A stretch of DNA of 64,000 bases. Origin: Octopus vulgaris (taxonomy: Eukaryota). The notes under the pieces were generated by a model that made no database searches, was not told the origin of the DNA, and worked only from the letters and a program-made list of their open reading frames with translations. Each line of letters begins with the position of its first letter. Positions within the stretch are counted from its first letter, which is position 1. The position numbers were made by a program, and so were the translations under genes. Below are positions 28,576 through 42,320 of the stretch, piece after piece. Location of the stretch: positions 210,552,001 to 210,616,000 of the forward strand of contig OX597814.1 in the NCBI GenBank assembly GCA_951406725.2. The letters run 5' to 3'.

Positions 28576-30147
28576 AATACGTATATGATTCTTTGGAAGT
28601 TGGTAAGACATTACCTAACGGTTAGTTTGTAGATGTATTTTATGAAGGTTATTTGAGATGTATTGTTATTTTCACAAAATTGTACAAATTGTTATATTCT
28701 TATTTTGTCAAACAGTGCAGTGCCGTTTCAACTTAATGTTAATAATGAAAAATTTAATGTACAATATTCAAAACTATTGTTTTTTTATACAATTTTCCTT
28801 GTTAATGGTCTCATCTCTGATGAAAAAAAATATTGCATTTTAATATCCATCATAGTAAGATCCTCAAAGAGAGCCATAACCTGTAATTGTGTAGCAAGGT
28901 CGGCTAGAATGAATACATGATAAAATATGTCTATGTCGCTGTTTAATATGTGTCTGGCGTATATATTGATCTAAACATATATATGCGTCGTTTATGATAT
29001 TGTCTACGCGCCTGTGGACGTTTAGGTGTATATGAGGAATAGTAAATATGACACATCCAAGTAAATAATGTGTATAATAGTGGATGAGATCATGTATTTT
29101 GAGAAATGGGCGAGGAAATGTGTGAAAACCACAAGAAAGAAAGATACCGAGCAAATAGGAGACAGTAAAAAAGATAAAAGTATAGTATAGAAACGACAGC
29201 TAAATTTGATTACTTTGAAGTTGCAAAAGACGGAGGATAGTATTAAAAGAGAATTAGAAGACATGTAAGAGAATATGTATTAGTATGACTTGACTAAAGA
29301 AATATGTTGAAAGCTAAGAGGATGTAATGTTCAGAGAAATCACATAGACAACACACACACACACATACATGTATATATACATATATATATATACATACAT
29401 ATATATATATATATAAACAGGTATATAGAATGTGTAAGGAGGATGGGGGAGATGAGCTACGAAATTATTAACTGAAAGAGACTGAAAATGAACGAGTGTA
29501 ATGAATATAAGCGAATAAAGCTTAGAAGATGAAAGTGGGCTTCAGGGGATTCTTTGCATCTAAATAATATGCAATAACTGATTTAATGTACATACAAGGC
29601 TGAAGGTTGGTGGTATTTGGCAGCTTCAATAAAAGAATGAAGTAATGACTAGCTACAGTTTAGAGATCAGTAGAGAAAATATCATAAAGAGGGAATCTGG
29701 ATTAATAGGTCAAATATCGATAATATGGAGAAAAAAAGAAAATTAGACAAATTATGATTTACATATTTGGCACAAGGACATGCAGCCTTAGGACAATCAA
29801 TATAATTGATTCTTGTGTTGGGCGAACATACATTTTACAGGAAGGAATGATGAAAGTGAATGTAGAGCGAAGCTATAAAGAAATTTGGGATATATAGGGA
29901 CGTACGAATATTAATTACTAATAGGCTGACACATTGCAGCAATGATTGCGTATATCGTCCACTCTTTTTTCCAATGCTTCTTCATAGAGTTACTGCAACT
30001 TGTGGATAAAAATTCTATAGTTAGACAAAACAGAATATAGAATGTTTACAAAATAATTAATATTCACGAGAGAATGTGTCGACAATATTTCATACATCAT
30101 GACTATGATTATGTACGTACACATATACATTCATATATGTGTGGTCG

Positions 30148-30195
<48 letters not shown>

Positions 30196-30199
30196 GTCC

Positions 30200-31090
30200 A
30201 CTCAGCTCTAATCGGAATTGTTGGTTATGGCTGGTCAGGGTGTGAGCATAAGTTTCGCACTTAGAAAGTTATTTGCGATATTGGTCCCCCAGAAAACTCT
30301 TTGGCCGGAGGCCCATAGTCTTATCAGTCATAATGGTGAAAGGAAACACAAAACGAAATTCTAATGAGGGGTGTACCATGTGGGCGAGCTGGTATTATCT
30401 CCCGTTGTCCTCTTCCAGTTTCGTTCGAAACTGGTCACTACCTAAGCGGTTTTCTTTTGCTACTCGGCAAGTGAACTAATCTGTGTCCAACCCCAATTTT
30501 CTTTGATGAGGGCACCGTCTAAACACGTCACGTTTGGTATTGAAGGGGTCCAAAACATTGTCATAAAGGTCCAGCATTTTTCTGCAGCAGGCCTTTGCTG
30601 ATCTTGGCAGTCTCATCTCTCATCTCTACTGAAACTCCATTTGACGTGCTGCTGCACCATTCGTTTGCTGATCTTGGGAACGCCTTATCTCCCTTCTGTA
30701 TTGAGACTCCATCTGATGGGCTGCAGCAAGCCTTTACTGATCTTGGGAAAGTCTCACATTGCTTCTGTCTTGAGAATCTATTTGATATACTGTAGCATGC
30801 GTTTGCTGTTCGTGCGAAATTCTCCTCTCTTTTCTCTATTGAAACTTCATTTGACCTTCTGCAGCATGCGTTTGCTGTTCATGAGAAACTCGCTTCTCCC
30901 TTCTGTCTTGAGACACTCGATTTTGGTTTTCAACAATCCTCCTTGTTTTATATTTGTTTCTGGAGAGAGTACTTTTTTTTTCCATTTGGTGGCATACACT
31001 GACACACCATTCCGATGTGATGGCCGTGTGGTCTGAAAGTTGACGATGCCTAAAGTTGTTCACATTAGGAAATTGATTATTCATATGATC
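30200..31090 (-). mobile_element. Helitron-like RepHel N-terminal relic with five 69-bp (23-aa, STPR-like) repeats
   Basis: CTGCAGCA-like units start at 30582, 30652, 30721, 30790 and 30859. Minus translation MPPNGKKSTLSRNK.. then (Q)MESQDRRExRxSQDQQxHAA repeats. Confidence 0.55.
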
Positions 31091-31512
31091 TTAGTGATAT
31101 CGCATCATGAATAATAGTGAAAGAATAAAAGTGAAACAATAACATACAACATTACAATATAGATGTTATTCTTTCACTTAAAACACGTGATACCGAACCA
31201 GTGCCAATGAAATAAGTTACATGTTGACACTCACGTGATCTGATGCTATTATCTTGTAAAATTACATTTTGTTTGGTAGAGCCGTCCGAGAATGCATAGG
31301 GAGCAGACAAACAAAGAATCATATTTCACTGAAAAATCAGAGAAAATTCTAATACGTGTGTATATTTAAAGGGCTAAGACTACCACTATGTGTTCAGCCG
31401 TATGCTAGAAGTAGATCACCTACGATCCAACTACAAAGAAAAGAATGTTCTCTAGAGAAAACATTTAGCGGACACCAGAACAATATGCGTGCAAGACAGA
31501 TGAAAATTATAC

Positions 31513-31590
<78 letters not shown>

Positions 31591-31704
31591 CCTGTAGATT
31601 CTTGCTCAGCATTCTGTACCGCGTTCTAACGGTTCTGTCTGCTCACCGTCTTCTTTTTTTGTACAATAATGATGTCTATCAAATGCACAAGACCAGTCCG
31701 TTCG

Positions 31705-31875
31705 GATGAGGCGTAAGTCGATCAGCCCCTGTGCTCAACGGGAACTCACTTTAGCCCCTAAGAGGGTGAAAAGTAGAGTCAGCCTCATTGGAATTTCTGT
31801 TCAGAACGTAAAGTCGGGTGAAATTGCGCCAAGCATTTTGCCCGGCATGCTATCTTTTCTGCCAGCTCATTGCCG
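31705..31875 (-). mobile_element. Degenerate SINE family 1
   Basis: AAGCATTTTGCCCGGCATGCTA..CTGCCAGCTC is the reverse-complement head. Confidence 0.7.
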
Positions 31876-32259
31876 TATCTTTATGTGTAATCATGAGACA
31901 CTATTAATACAAACACCAATGGTTTTATGTTACGAAATACTTTCTTTCTATTGAGTATTTATTACGTAACAGCAACATTTCATCCGTCCCATCATGGTTT
32001 AGCAGTATCTTGTTTCAAGGAATTGGAAATTTGTTCTTTGTGAAATACTTAATTGCATTTATTCCCTGCAGAAATTTATGGGAGAAAATGCCGAAACACG
32101 AATACTCAAGTGATCGATATATGAATAAATACTTGTTAAAATATTGTATTGGATAAGATAGCTGTTTCTATTCCATAAATCAGGACATTTAGAGTGAAGG
32201 ATGCTAGAATTTTTTCTATTATTATTTTTTTTTATTCAAAGCTATTGCTGAGATATATG

Positions 32260-32480
32260 GAAGATCAGAGTGTGGTAGTGTAATTGCGTTGTTCATGAGT
32301 TTGAAGAGCACGAATGCGAGCAAAGGTCGAAGTGATATTTTTCTAAGTGACGGCATTCGTACTTACCAATTGATTTTTTCTGAAAATAAACTTTGGCATG
32401 AAAAGAAAGAGAGTATTGTTCGGTAACTGCTATTTCAGGGCTAAAAATATTTGGGAATAAGGAATTTTCATTCGGCATGG
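32260..32480 (-). pseudogene. Isolated SRCR-like fragment, probably from the same aGPCR family
   Basis: ORF 32293..32478 ends SIGKYECRHLEKYHFDLCSHS and is followed by LHY. This resembles the SRCR C-terminal halves in the other copies (IGNIRCT*DYRTLK; CNGLA*RYLSHC; LHY/LHL). Confidence 0.3.
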
Positions 32481-32899
32481 ATATAGATATATTCTGTACC
32501 TAAATACATCTAGGTTATTTTTAAACTGAATTCGTATTTATCGAATAAAGAAAACCTGATTGCAAAAATATCTTCTTTTAAAGAGAACAAATATATATTC
32601 TTTGAAAGAACATACAATTTTATGACAATTATGGGAAAAAAGTATCAATTTGTTGTCTGACGTATCAATCAAATTTGTTATAATAATTCAGTAAATAGAG
32701 GATGGAAACGCTGCTCAATATGGTCTGATCACAGATCCCTTATGATTATATTATTATATATAATAGAAAATTTTCCCTATATTTCGAGCTTATTCTTTGA
32801 AAATTTCATAAAACCTTTATGTCCAAACCAGAATAATGGCACGGCAATATTCAGGCCAGTATCCTCTGTCTTTTTTCTCCCCCACCCCCCTTTTTACAT

Positions 32900-33090
32900 T
32901 TTTCACTCATTTGACTACGGCAATGTTGGTGCAACTCCTTGAAGGGTTTTATTCGAACAAATCCACCCAAGCACTTATTTTTTAAAGCCTTATACACACT
33001 ATTAGGTCTCTTTTGCTGAATCATTAAGTTACGGGGATGTAAACACACCACCTCCTGTTGCCAATCGGTGGTGAGGGACAAACACAGGCA
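32900..33090 (-). mobile_element. SINE family 2, 3' part
   Basis: TCATTTGACTACGGC; AAGTTACGGGGATGTAAACACACC. Confidence 0.75.
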
Positions 33091-33384
33091 TAGACACTCA
33101 CAAACACCCACCCACCCACATACACACACACATATATATATATATGTATATGTATGCTTGTATATATATATGTATATACATATATCTATATCTATATCTA
33201 TATCTATATCTATCTATCTATCTATCTACCTATATATATATATATACAAACATATATATACATACATATATACATGGATTTATATGAACAATACCATACA
33301 AAATTCCTAAGTACCATATCCGTCTGGATCTAAATTTTGCTGAACTAATATATATCAATTGGTGATGATACTCTCAGATCCCTG

Positions 33385-33736
33385 ATATAGTCATATAAAA
33401 TGACCATGACTATTTTGAGTAGAGAGATTGAAAAAATCACCAAGTACTCCGAATTGAAGCTGGCAATGGCAAGATTGTATGGAACGCGAGAGGGTAATGC
33501 AAAATTGATACCAATGGTGATCGGAGCGTTGGGTTCAATTCTATGCCAAAATATTGAAAAAATATTGTTAGCAAAATCATTGAAATACAAGGATCTTCAA
33601 ATGAAAATAAGGTGTGTATTATGAAATACAATTCGTTCCAGTGGCTGCGGTCATTGTTGTTACTTGACGAATGCCTAAAGACTCTGGTGCATTTTTATCT
33701 ACATTGTGTTACGAAAAAATAATAATAATACAAATG

Positions 33737-33804
<68 letters not shown>

Positions 33805-33840
33805 TATGATGATGATGATGATGATGATAATGATGATGAT
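33385..33840 (+). mobile_element. R4/Dong-like LINE 3' fragment with long (TAA)n/(TGA)n tail
   Basis: REIEKITKYSELKLAMARLY..LIPMVIGALGSI; followed by ~120 bp of TAA/TGA repeats. A shorter inverted copy of 33545-33633 lies at 34727-34814. Confidence 0.8.
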
Positions 33841-33879
33841 AGTTTCAAAAGTCGTCCCAATGGCAGACGTTTTTTTGGC

Positions 33880-34285
33880 GGGGTGAAGTGTCGATTATAT
33901 CGACACAAATGTTCAACTAGAACTTAATTTACAGTGAGGACAAACAAGGACAGACAAACGGATTACCTCGATTACGTCGACCCTAGTGCGTAACTGGTAC
34001 TTAATTTATCGACCCCGAGAGGATGAAAGGCAAAGTCGCCCTCGGCAGAATTTGATCTCAGAACGTAACGGCAGACGAAATACCTATTTCTTTACTACCT
34101 ACAATCGACTTAAACGGATTAAGTCGATTATATAGGCCCCAGTGCGTAACTGGTCCTTAATTTATCGACCTCGAAAGGATGAAAGGCAAAGTCGACCTCG
34201 GCGGAATTTGAACTCAGAACGTAACGGAAGACGCAATACCGTTAAGTATTTCGGCTGACGTGCTAACGATTCTGCCACTCGCTTC
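33880..34285 (-). mobile_element. SINE family 1 multimer
   Basis: GGATGAAAGGCAAAGTCG at 34021 and 34177; junction GAAATACCTATTTCTTTACTAC at 34077. Confidence 0.88.
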
Positions 34286-35405
34286 CTTAATAACATCATC
34301 CACGATTGATATTTATATACAATATGGATATATACGTTACAAATTATTTTGCATAATTCATGAGCTGCACATTCCGCGTGGTGTATATGTTGTTTGAAGT
34401 GTTTTTTCGCGCTATGTCAACTGTATAGAGTACGTCTAAGACTTGTTATGAGACTTGTCGTTGTTATACCATCGTATATAAGTAAATATACAAGTTTCCA
34501 CTGTTGTTATGGCGACTGATTTTTTCATAGTATACTCTTTACCATTTTTAACATCACATTAGGTACTTATCGTATAGGAAAAACAGTGTGGGCGAGTCAG
34601 TTTATAGAGTTTTAGTGCACTGGTAGGTTTAGGTAGCGAATAACCCTATAAATCCTAATATGGTTTGAATACTTTTGTTGAAATTCTATTTTTGCCATTT
34701 CAGGTATAGTATATGGCAACGAAATAATTGTATTTCATATTACACCGTTTATTTTAATTTGAAGATCCTTGTATTTCAAGGATTTTGCTAACAATGTTTG
34801 TCTAATATTTTGGCCAGAAGTGTCTTATATAGATGTTCGTGTGAGTGTAGGTGTATCTGTATTCATATATTATCAATCCAATTCTTCCCGTATTATGTGT
34901 CTATTTCGACTGCGTCAATCTCTTTGTCGGCTTGCAAATATATTACATGCGATCTTGAATGATACATGTTTTTGCCATGTTTTGAACATCGCAAAGACGA
35001 ATGTTTTTCATATTATAACGTAGATATAGCGATAGAGTAGATAGAGCACTCTCTGAAAATATCTGCCTAAACAAGAAGTAGAAAATCAGATTTGATATTG
35101 TCTACCATCTAACTGTCACAATCACCGCTTCGATATTCTGTATTTCCTGTTAGAAATGTTATTAATGTTCACTTACATGTTTAAGTATTCCATGAAGCAA
35201 TGAAAGCAAATAATAGATAGGAAAAGTAATCCATCAAAATTATAAATTGCTTAGTCATTAAATAATGGGCAGAAACAAAATTCACAATTACTTCGCGAAA
35301 CACAATCTCCTCCTAACAAAGTACATTCCCTGTTATGTAGTCTTTAAGACTTCGTCTGTCTGAATGGTTAGGCGGACAAAACGTTTAGCGGTATTTTGCT
35401 CACAT

Positions 35406-35635
35406 GGCGGCGAGCTGGCAGAAATGTTAGCACGCCGGGCGAAACGCTTAGCGGTATTTCGTCTGCGTTACGTTGTGAGTTCGAATTCCGCCGAGGTCGA
35501 CTTTGCCTTTCATCATTTCGGGTTCTATAAATTAAGTACCAGTTTCGCACTGGGGTCGATGTAATCGACTTAATACCTATGTCTGTCCTTGTTTGTCCCC
35601 TCTGTGTTTAGCCCCTTGTGGGTAATAAAGAAATA
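35406..35635 (+). mobile_element. Young SINE family 1 nested in an older family-1 copy, 16-bp TSD
   Basis: TSD GGTATTTTGCTCACAT at 35390-35405 and 35636-35651; host SINE remnants at 35362-35405 and 35652-35720. Confidence 0.93.
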
Positions 35636-36113
35636 GGTATTTTGCTCACATTTACAATCTGCATTCACTCTCCACCCAGTCAGACTTTAGCTTTCAGGCT
35701 TTCGGTGTAATGGGGTTAAGAAAATCAGCTAACCATCTCTCCAAAATATTCAGGGTTGTACTTATCAGATAAAGGATTGCTATTATTGTTGATGCTGGCA
35801 TTTGTATGCTCGTTTTTGCTAGAATCTGCAGATTATAAAATGCTTCTCGTGAAATTCACTCAGCTTTTAATAGATTATTTCGAAATTTATTAAATTCTTT
35901 TTTTCAAATGACTCATAGCTTTGCGTAGGGAGATACTGCTTAAATAGTTCATAGTGATTCAAGAAGTCTGTGCGCGTCAGCATTAGTTGTTGTGTGTTTG
36001 TGTATCGTGTATCTGAGCAAAATATGTAAGTGCATTTTTCTAATTGGTTGACCGAATTACGTATGAAATAAGCACACAAATTTACTCAGAGCCAGACAAA
36101 TAGACACTCCGCC

Positions 36114-36189
<76 letters not shown>

Positions 36190-36209
36190 ATGTGTGTAAT
36201 CCATTGCTA

Positions 36210-36490
36210 GCTGGCGCTCCATCGGTTACGACGACTAGGGATCCAGTAGGTCCAATCAACGGAACAGGCTGCTCGTGAAATTAACGTGCAAGTCACTGAG
36301 CAATCCACAGACACGTATGCCCTTAAACTTGTTCTCATAGTGTGACACGCCTGGCCCTTTGAATTACAGGTACTGCTCACGTTTTGCCTACTGAGTAGAC
36401 TGGAGCAACGTCAAATAAAGTGACTTGCTCAAGGACAGAAACGTCACCATTCGATCGTGAGCCGAATACCCTAACCACTAAGCCACGTAC
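36210..36490 (-). mobile_element. SINE family 3-related
   Basis: GCTCCATCGGTTACGACGAC..GGAACAGGCTGCTCGTGAAATTAACGTG..GAATACCCTAACCACTAAGCCAC. Confidence 0.8.
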
Positions 36491-36537
36491 TTCACTATGC
36501 ATGTATACGTATGTAAATACATTCAAGCACACATGTA

Positions 36538-36583
<46 letters not shown>

Positions 36584-36584
36584 A

Positions 36585-36798
36585 GCGGCGAGCTGGCGGG
36601 AATATTACGACATCGGGCAAAATGCTTAGAGTTATTTCGTGTGTCTTTACGTTCTGAGTTCAAATTCCGCCGAGGTCGACTTCACCTTTCATCCTTTCGG
36701 CGTCGATAAATTAAGTACCATCTGCATATTGGGGTCGATCTAATCAATTGGCCCCTCCTCCCAAAATTTTCGGGCCTTGTACCTAGAGTAGAAAAGAA
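36585..36798 (+). mobile_element. SINE family 1, alternative 3' tail subfamily
   Basis: Same head and core; tail CCCCTCCTCCCAAAATTTTCGGGCCTTGTACCTAGAGTAGAAAAGAA is shared with 61005-61050. Confidence 0.88.
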
Positions 36799-37417
36799 AT
36801 ATGGGTGTGTATGTGAGTACGTGTTCTCCCTGTGGGTGCTTATTCACAGACATATTTCTCCCACTTACATACACGAGACAATTTGCTATTTGGCTATGTG
36901 CTAATGCATACACTAATTTTAACACCAGCTGCGTTGGTGTAAGTAATTATTTCTATACTGTTATGTGCATGGTCTTTAAAGACACATTTATTTGTACTTT
37001 TAATATAACGATCCGACATATACTAATTCATATGTATGTTTACAATACAAATCAATTTTCACACTTTCGCAGACTTGTGAATTTTGATTAATTTTGATAT
37101 AGATGTTGATGCTATGCTGCGTGAATTTATTTTTCAGCATTCTGGTTCTGTTTGCATATTATATATATATATGTAGATTATTTTCTTTATTTTCTGATAA
37201 TTAATCGCAATCAATCAAACAGTAAGCTAGGCCGCAGTTACTCTCTTACTTGTTACTATATCAGTCACACATCGACCTCGCTTCACCTTCATCCACCTAT
37301 TCACGTAATCCTTGCCGTCTGGGATTTGTTTCCCAAGGTAACGGCTGTGTTTCAATTTAAGCAAAATACCAATTGGAAAAGCAGATGCCATGAAGGTAAT
37401 AACTAAGTCGGTCGATA

Positions 37418-37512
37418 GAAGTAGAAGAAGAAGAAGAAGAAGAAGAAGAAGAAGAAGAAGAAGAAGAAGAAGAAGAAGAAGAAGAAGGTGATGAAGAAAG
37501 AAAGAAAGAAAG
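37418..37512. repeat. (GAA)n microsatellite
   Basis: Directly visible. Confidence 0.95.
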
Positions 37513-37952
37513 AATAAAATAAAAAATACACATGCACACTCACGCACGCTCTCACATATCCACCCACCCCCACACACATAGACACATATACACATGTGTG
37601 ATTATGTGTGTGTGTGTTTAAACCCACACGTCACTAAATACGAACGTATATATATACACATATACATGCACAAACAAATCCATATTCACAAAAATAAAAT
37701 ACTATAAAACGGTACATTTTTATTATGAAAAGATATAATTTACAGGAAGATAACAAGAAATATATCTAAGTTGAATTAGAGCAGACTACGTACTATTCTG
37801 CAGCTTTCTTTCAACTACAAACGAAAGCATTCCTAGCAATATTGTGTCACAGATTATATTCGTATAATACGAACATGTTGTGTCATTATACTCTTGTGAG
37901 TTACATGCAGTGTATTAATAATAATTTTACTAGTAACACTTAAGTAAAAAAC

Positions 37953-38615
37953 GAAGCAACGAAGAGTGTGAGCAGCGATGAGTGTGAGCGACGGAGATCG
38001 TGAGTGAAGAAAGTTGTGAGCGCTGAACATCATGAGCGATGAAGATTGTGAACGGTAAAGAGTGTGAGAGACGAGGATTCTGAGCGACAAAGATTGTGAA
38101 CGACGAAGATCGTGAGCGATGAAGATCATGAGCGACGAAGAATGTGAGCGGTGAAGAGTGTGAACGACGAAGATTTTGAGCGTCGAAGAGTTTGAGCGAC
38201 GAAGATTGTGAGCGACGAAGATCATGAGCGACAGAGATCGTGAGCGAAGAAGAGTGTGAGAGACTAAGATTGTGAGAGACGAAGATTGTGAGCGACAAAG
38301 ATCATGAACGACGAAGAGTGAGAGCGACGAAGATTGTGAGCGATAAAGATTTTGAGCGACGAAGATTGTGAGCGACGAAGATCATTAGCGACGAAGATCA
38401 TGAGCAACGAAGATCGTGAGCGACGAAGATCGTGAGCGACGAAGATTATGAACGACTAAGAGTTTGAGCAATGAAGAGTTTGAGCAACGAAGACTTTGAG
38501 CGACGAAGATTGTCAGCGACGATGACTGTGAACAGCGAAGGTTGTAAAGGACGTAGACTGTGAGAGACGTAGATATTGAGCGACGAAGATTTTGAGCTAC
38601 GAAGATTGTGAGCGA
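37953..38615. repeat. 16-bp minisatellite, consensus GAGCGACGAAGATTGT, about 40 diverged copies
   Basis: Contiguous units without spacers, e.g. GAGCGACGAAGATTGT GAGCGACGAAGATCAT. Confidence 0.95.
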
Positions 38616-39249
38616 ATCAGTGAGAATAAGAAAAGCGGGTGCATTTCAATAAATGAGTAGGAGTAATAGGATTCGAAATACTCCTAGACACGATCAGAGT
38701 AGCGAGAACGACTTCAGGGATTAGTAAAATGTGCCAGGAATATACTGTAACGTTATGACGCATATTCTCCTGGCAAGTAATTACATATGCACAATACATG
38801 CATATCAACGTGTATGTGTGTTTTTATACAAACACACATGAATCCACCCAAGCTCATTCATACGTACACACGTAGAGACCCAGACGCATGTGTGTGTGTG
38901 TTGGAATTGGAGGGACACCTTCAAGAGACATCAGTCTTCATTTATGATCGCAGAGAAGAGGAACGTTAAGTCCTTGACCTCTTCAATACCAAAAGTGACG
39001 TTTTACATGAATTGATTTTCAGACATAACAATTCGTTTTATTAATTAAAAATGCATTTAAAACTATATTATTCATTTAAAGTGAATATCATGTACTTATA
39101 CGTAGATTTGGCTATTATATTAAGCAGGTTAGACGACAAACGAATGTTCTTCGTTTGTTGCAGTTGCTAATCTTCCTTAACCAGAGATGAGCTGTGATCA
39201 ATCAAACTTCAGCCTTTCTATATAACATCTTTTATTCTGATTATATTCC

Positions 39250-42200
39250 ATTTTTAAAAAAAAAATCTTAATAAACAGTAAGATTTAGTTTTGGGCTTTC
39301 TGAAATTGCAACAAAATAGGTTAAAAGTAACCTGCGAATGTCAAGAACAAAATATAATAAATGTTTCTAATTATGATTTCCAAATAATTGAAATCAAAAC
39401 TTACGAAGATAATTACTTTAATTTGAAAGGCAAACAGATAACAGACAACTTGATTTCAAAATAAGACAACAAAATATTGCTTCGAAGTTGGGGGAAAACT
39501 TTATTCATTAAAACTGGGCAAATTAATAAATGATAAATGTACTCATAACTAAAATTGCCCCGCCCGAGGTTTATAGGCCGCACATTTATTCCTTTCTGTT
39601 GTTTTCTATACAGTAATTACATATATTTTTAGGCGAGAGTCATTAGGAAACAGGGATAATTCTATTCTTTCTTTGTACAAAATGTGAACATCTTCAAAGG
39701 TTGCTAATTAAATTTATTCATATTACGTTTACAGCAGCAACAACTAGAACAGCATGACTGACTTTAGTATGAAGAGTAGCAAACAGTTAAAAAGCAAATA
39801 AAACACCTATTCATACAGAATGACACACAAAAATAAACACATTTCAAATGATAAATTCTATTTCCTAACACCTCTTTGTCTACAGGGCGGAATTTGAAAT
39901 TAGATACACAAAATCAGAGAAAAAGTTTCTGAAATAGAGAAAGATAACAAAACAAATTCAGAATAAAGAAACGCAGGTCTGAAAAATTTAAATGGAATAA
40001 TTTAGTAGAAGAATGATATCACTTATTGTAATCATTCATTATATATCAAAGGAAAAAAGAGAACATCATTAGGAAGGCTGTTATAGCTTAATTATTTTTC
40101 CCATCCAGCTCTTTGTATTCCACTCACTATAAAAGTTCCCATTGATAAAAAGAAAAAAAATGATGAATATATAAAATCAACATCATGAACTCAGGGATGG
40201 AGACCAATAATGTATTATTTTTACAGTCTCCAACACAAGAATAAGCCTAATATCTCATTGACACTAATGAGCAGAATGAAAACGAAGACTGACGTCAATA
40301 TAAATTGAATTTGGAACCTACAAGTACAAAAATAACTGCTAAAAGGTGTTTATTGTGACACACAGCTATTGCTGCTAATACACTGTTCGTTCGACAATTA
40401 CAATTCCAATCAATGTAACACGCGAAATTGCTTTCAATTTTTGGACCAAATAATGTATTATATTCAGATTATTTGCGAAACATGATGTCTCTTTTATTCA
40501 CACCCAAAGTGAAAAAATCAATACTTTCTGACTATGATTAAAATGCAGTTGCTTAACTCTTTTGTCATAGTGTCAGCAATTTTACTCATTAATGCTTAAA
40601 ACTTTCAGTATCGTTTGTGTACAATACCAAAAACAGAATCCTTCTCTTTGTTTACTTCTTGACTTGTTCAAGTAAATGACCTATATATTTACAGTGGTTA
40701 CTACTGAGTTGATGTCTTGTCTTAAAATACTGTCGAATTTGTTGATCATGGAGTATTTGCGAAAATTGTATAGAATGAATACTATTAGAATTATATTCTA
40801 TATGACTTAAGAAATCATAAAATGAAAGAATTTAATTTGATACATGTATAATATTATGCAATGATTCATTCATAACAGTAAAAATAAATAGAACAACAAT
40901 TAGACTTGCTATGTACAGTCGAAACATTATCGCAGAACAAAAAATTATCTCGTCAGGAAAATGCAATCTTAACTGAATTCTTCATTCTATTTCCTTAGAT
41001 ATTTATGAAATTGGCTTATGCATGTGAATTGTCAACCGGCATTATAACATTTTAGGAACAATTGAGAATACATTTTTGTACATGTAACACAGTTTGCCTT
41101 TTCTCGGGATATTTTCTTCTCTAATAATTGGAAGTTTTGCCGATCAGAAAGATCAAAACTGGATAGATTCCAGATACATCCTAAAATCTGCTAATTCTTT
41201 ATGTCGATGCATTTCATTTAACTTTTCTTATTATATTCAATAAGGAATAGATATTGTAGTTCTTTTGGTTTTGTTTTTATAATTTCGGAAACGATTATCT
41301 GCGTGAAGACAGTTTGTAGCTGCAGAGAGTTTTCCGTGATACTTGCAGAATATTATATGCGTGATGGTTAGCAGAACTACAATGGTTTTCCTTTCAACTC
41401 ATTTTATATGGCTGTTAATATAGTTTCAATGGTGGTTCTCCCAGTTGACAGTTATCTTGCGTTCATAGAAAACATTAGACTATATATAAAACAGATAAAT
41501 TTAACTTTACAAGTTTCATCGTGTGCTCTATTTAGCACATGTTCTATATTTATTTTTATCAGTGCCGTTGAAAATAATTGTCTTCATTTTAATAAGCATA
41601 AATATCTGCTTATAAGAAAGGATGACAAAGATGAGAAATTCATATGTTTCATTTTGTTAGAAATATCATGAAATCAGCTATTTCATTGATTCTTGAGTAT
41701 CGTTTAAGTATTTCATGTGCATGTTCTGAATCGATAATGGTGGGTTCCATTATTCTTCAAACGACTTAATGAGACGATTCAAGCTCAGTCTATACGGTTT
41801 CTAAACTTATCTATTTACCAATGCTAAGATTATTTCCGTAGATCATATGACCTATAGCATCATACTTATTTACAATGACACATTTTGCTAGTTATGTAGC
41901 TTTGACTTCTTGAAATACTAAAATGTGCTGAGAGCAAACCTATCTTTCAAGTGTAACTTGATGTGTAGTGAGAAAAGAAAGAAGCATATTTCAACAGAAG
42001 CAACATTCCTGAGTAAGAGAAAACTTTATAGTTATCAACGATTTCTATAAAATATTTTGCCTATAGGCTGATGTACAAAGAATTGTCGGGAGATGAAGAA
42101 AGTGAAAGGTTTAAAGCCTGGTGGATTTATCATATATTTCGAACGTTCTCTGCTTCTGTTCTCGAATAAATCTGGAATATTTAGTGCATTTGTAAATTTA

Positions 42201-42320
42201 TTTGTGTATATCGTTTATACTTACACCAATACATTTTAATGTATTTAGTTATTTTGTTTCTAAATTGTAGAGACATTGCAATCTTTCGTTGTCATTTAAC
42301 ATTAGTTACAATTGAAGGAA
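39250..42320 (-). pseudogene. Decayed adhesion GPCR, copy C, C-terminal block (kringle - WSC - HormR - GAIN/GPS - 7TM)
   Basis: Kringle-like PDLFENRSRERSKYMINPPGFKPF (42104-42175); WSC-like ECCFC (41994-42008); HormR WNPP (41738-41749); one frame reads LIVFILYNFRKYSMINKFDSILRQDINSVVTTVNI*..GFCFW (40627-40788; GAIN VFILY / VNSxV / CxFW); C-x-x-NH GPS remnant (40534-40547); TM1 LKAISRVTLIGIVI (40393-40437); TM5 AVLVVAAVNVI (39721-39753); TM7-like ~39300-39365. Confidence 0.72.

Noticed and set aside
37854-38615. Regular repeat array as a CRISPR locus or repeat protein
   Set aside because: Contiguous 16-bp units with no unique spacers, no cas genes, eukaryotic context, and a period not divisible by 3.
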